From an uncultured Nitrososphaerota archaeon (GTDB taxonomy: Archaea; Korarchaeota; Korarchaeia; Korarchaeales; Korarchaeaceae): a DNA stretch of 29,694 bases. Where the stretch lies: the NCBI GenBank assembly GCA_964618805.1, contig CAZUBM010000023.1:1-29694 (forward strand), read 5' to 3'. The notes under the pieces are model-generated. The model did no database searches, was not told where the DNA came from, and saw only the letters and a program-made list of their open reading frames with translations. This document shows, in pieces, positions 28,476-29,694 of the stretch. A program made the translations under genes and the position numbers. The first letter of the stretch is position 1; each line of letters starts with the position of its first letter.

Positions 28476-29195
28476 CTATTCAGCCCTTCTAATGCACACA
28501 ATCGCTCTTTTTCCAAAGAAAAAGAGATCAAAGCGATCTATGACGTTTCTGCCTAGCAGCACTTGGAATGGCAACTCAGGAGAGATCTCGATCTCTGCCG
28601 CCCTAACCTCTAGCTGAGTTCTACCGACGCTTATTGATGCCCTAAGGATCCTTCTGGGAATAGCCCCAGCCGCTGTCTGGATAACCTCTTCCCCAAGCCC
28701 TTTCAGACCTGCTGAGGTTGAAAGAGATCTATCTATTAGGGTTATGCCGGCCGCAGTATCTGGAAAGGCTGCTGCGGTCATCCTTCTTCTTCCAATGATC
28801 TCAATAGGGATTACAGGAAAGGTCATTCCGTTCAGCTTGAGGTATGGCCAGCACATCATCTCCTCAGCTAAGAAAGCGTACTCCACCCTCCTAGGTGGAG
28901 GTCCTTTCCTAACTATACGGATGGGACCTTCAGGAAACTTGGAAAGAGCCTCTGCAGCTGCTTCTGAGGCTGTTTTAGCTAAAGAAACAACTGCTCCCTT
29001 TACCAAAGCAACATAGCTTCCATTAGGAACCCAATCCGGTACCTCTTCCTCTTCGTGAGTTGGGATCTCGGTGACGGCGATTTTCTCCTCTATTAACTCC
29101 CTAATCAGCTGGCTTACGGTTTTTCCCTCTCGAGCTGCAAGCTTTTCAAGTTTCTTCTTTAGCTCCTCCTTTACCCTGAGGTTTATCAAGGGCAC
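28476..29195 (-). CDS. RHH, DUF5678-like and retropepsin-like protease fusion
   Basis: [32 protein letters not shown] (RHH); [13 protein letters not shown]...GPIRIVRK (DUF5678-like); [10 protein letters not shown] and LLGRNVI (protease). Confidence 0.8.
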
Positions 29196-29218
29196 ATGTT
29201 GTAAGACTTTTTGTAAAT

Positions 29219-29239
29219 AAAAATTGTATTACAATTTTT
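29219..29239. promoter_or_regulatory. Palindrome AAAAATTGTA-T-TACAATTTTT, candidate RHH operator
   Basis: Perfect 10-bp arms 24-44 nt upstream of the fusion start, with extra TTGTA half-sites at 29199 and 29211. Confidence 0.6.
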
Positions 29240-29412
29240 TCTGATGCCTGCTATGCTCTTTATTCCTTTAGTATCCAGACAGTTTAGAATATGGTAACCC
29301 AGCGATTGTCCAAATCATGAGTGGAGCAAAGTTTTCAATCGAGAGAAAGGCATGCCCGCACGGCCGGTTAAGCAAGTGTTTGATGAATTGAGGAGAAAAA
29401 GGGAGAAGTTCA

Positions 29413-29694
29413 GAGGCCGGGGGTCGGGGCTTTAGCCCACCTTTTGTACTTCGGGGGGATTGGGCTATGCGCCTTCCCCGCTTACCCAGCTACTCATTGC
29501 GGGGAGGCTTACCACCGGGCGGCCACCCACGTTTCACCGGATTCCTTATGGTCCTCTGCTGTTGCCAGCTTCATTGCCATGACATAAGGGCCGTGTCGTT
29601 TCTGTGGGTGGGCCTTGCCCTCTCGGGCAACCATAAGGGCCCGTGCTGGGAGTGGGTGGAGCTTCCCCGGCCTTTTGGCCGAGCCCCCCAGCCC
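29413..29694 (-). ncRNA. rnpB: Archaeal RNase P RNA (5' end just beyond the window)
   Basis: CR-I-like GGGGAAGCTCCACCCAC, CR-II ACAGAAAC, CR-III TGAAAC, CR-V ACAAAAGGTGGGCTA; P4 pairing CCCAC/GTGGG; GC-rich stems. Confidence 0.92.

Noticed and set aside
1-29694. CRISPR array, integrase or transposase gene
   Set aside because: No regularly spaced repeats and no recombinase or transposase motifs in any ORF.

Overview
Archaeal DNA, probably from a thermophilic TACK-type lineage. This rests on the intron-containing initiator tRNA-Met, the archaeal RNase P RNA, HEPN-MNT and VapBC pairs, and AGG/AGA-rich codon use. The only core-like anchors are tRNA-iMet (23216-23324, -) and rnpB (from about 29413 past the window end, -). 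The rest looks like an accessory, rapidly turning-over island. Intact genes include feoAB, an MFS transporter with an in-frame stop, a 1503-aa membrane-anchored surface protein, an FAD oxidoreductase, several toxin-antitoxin (TA) pairs and a likely cobalamin-uptake pair; many gene fragments lie between them. Five signals stand out. (1) A 34-bp duplicate of the rnpB 3' end lies 3.9 kb downstream of the gene, like an integration scar in RNase P RNA. (2) An unannotated ~60-70-aa ORF family recurs five times, tail-to-tail with an RHH gene or an HTH-LAGLIDADG gene. (3) Two free-standing HTH-LAGLIDADG paralogues sit beside the intron-bearing tRNA. (4) A DUF5678-like plus retropepsin module occurs both as a two-gene operon and as an RHH fusion with its own palindromic operator. 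(5) A(GC)3-5T tracts often sit at junctions between gene fragments. Family names come from motif recognition by eye, not from database searches.
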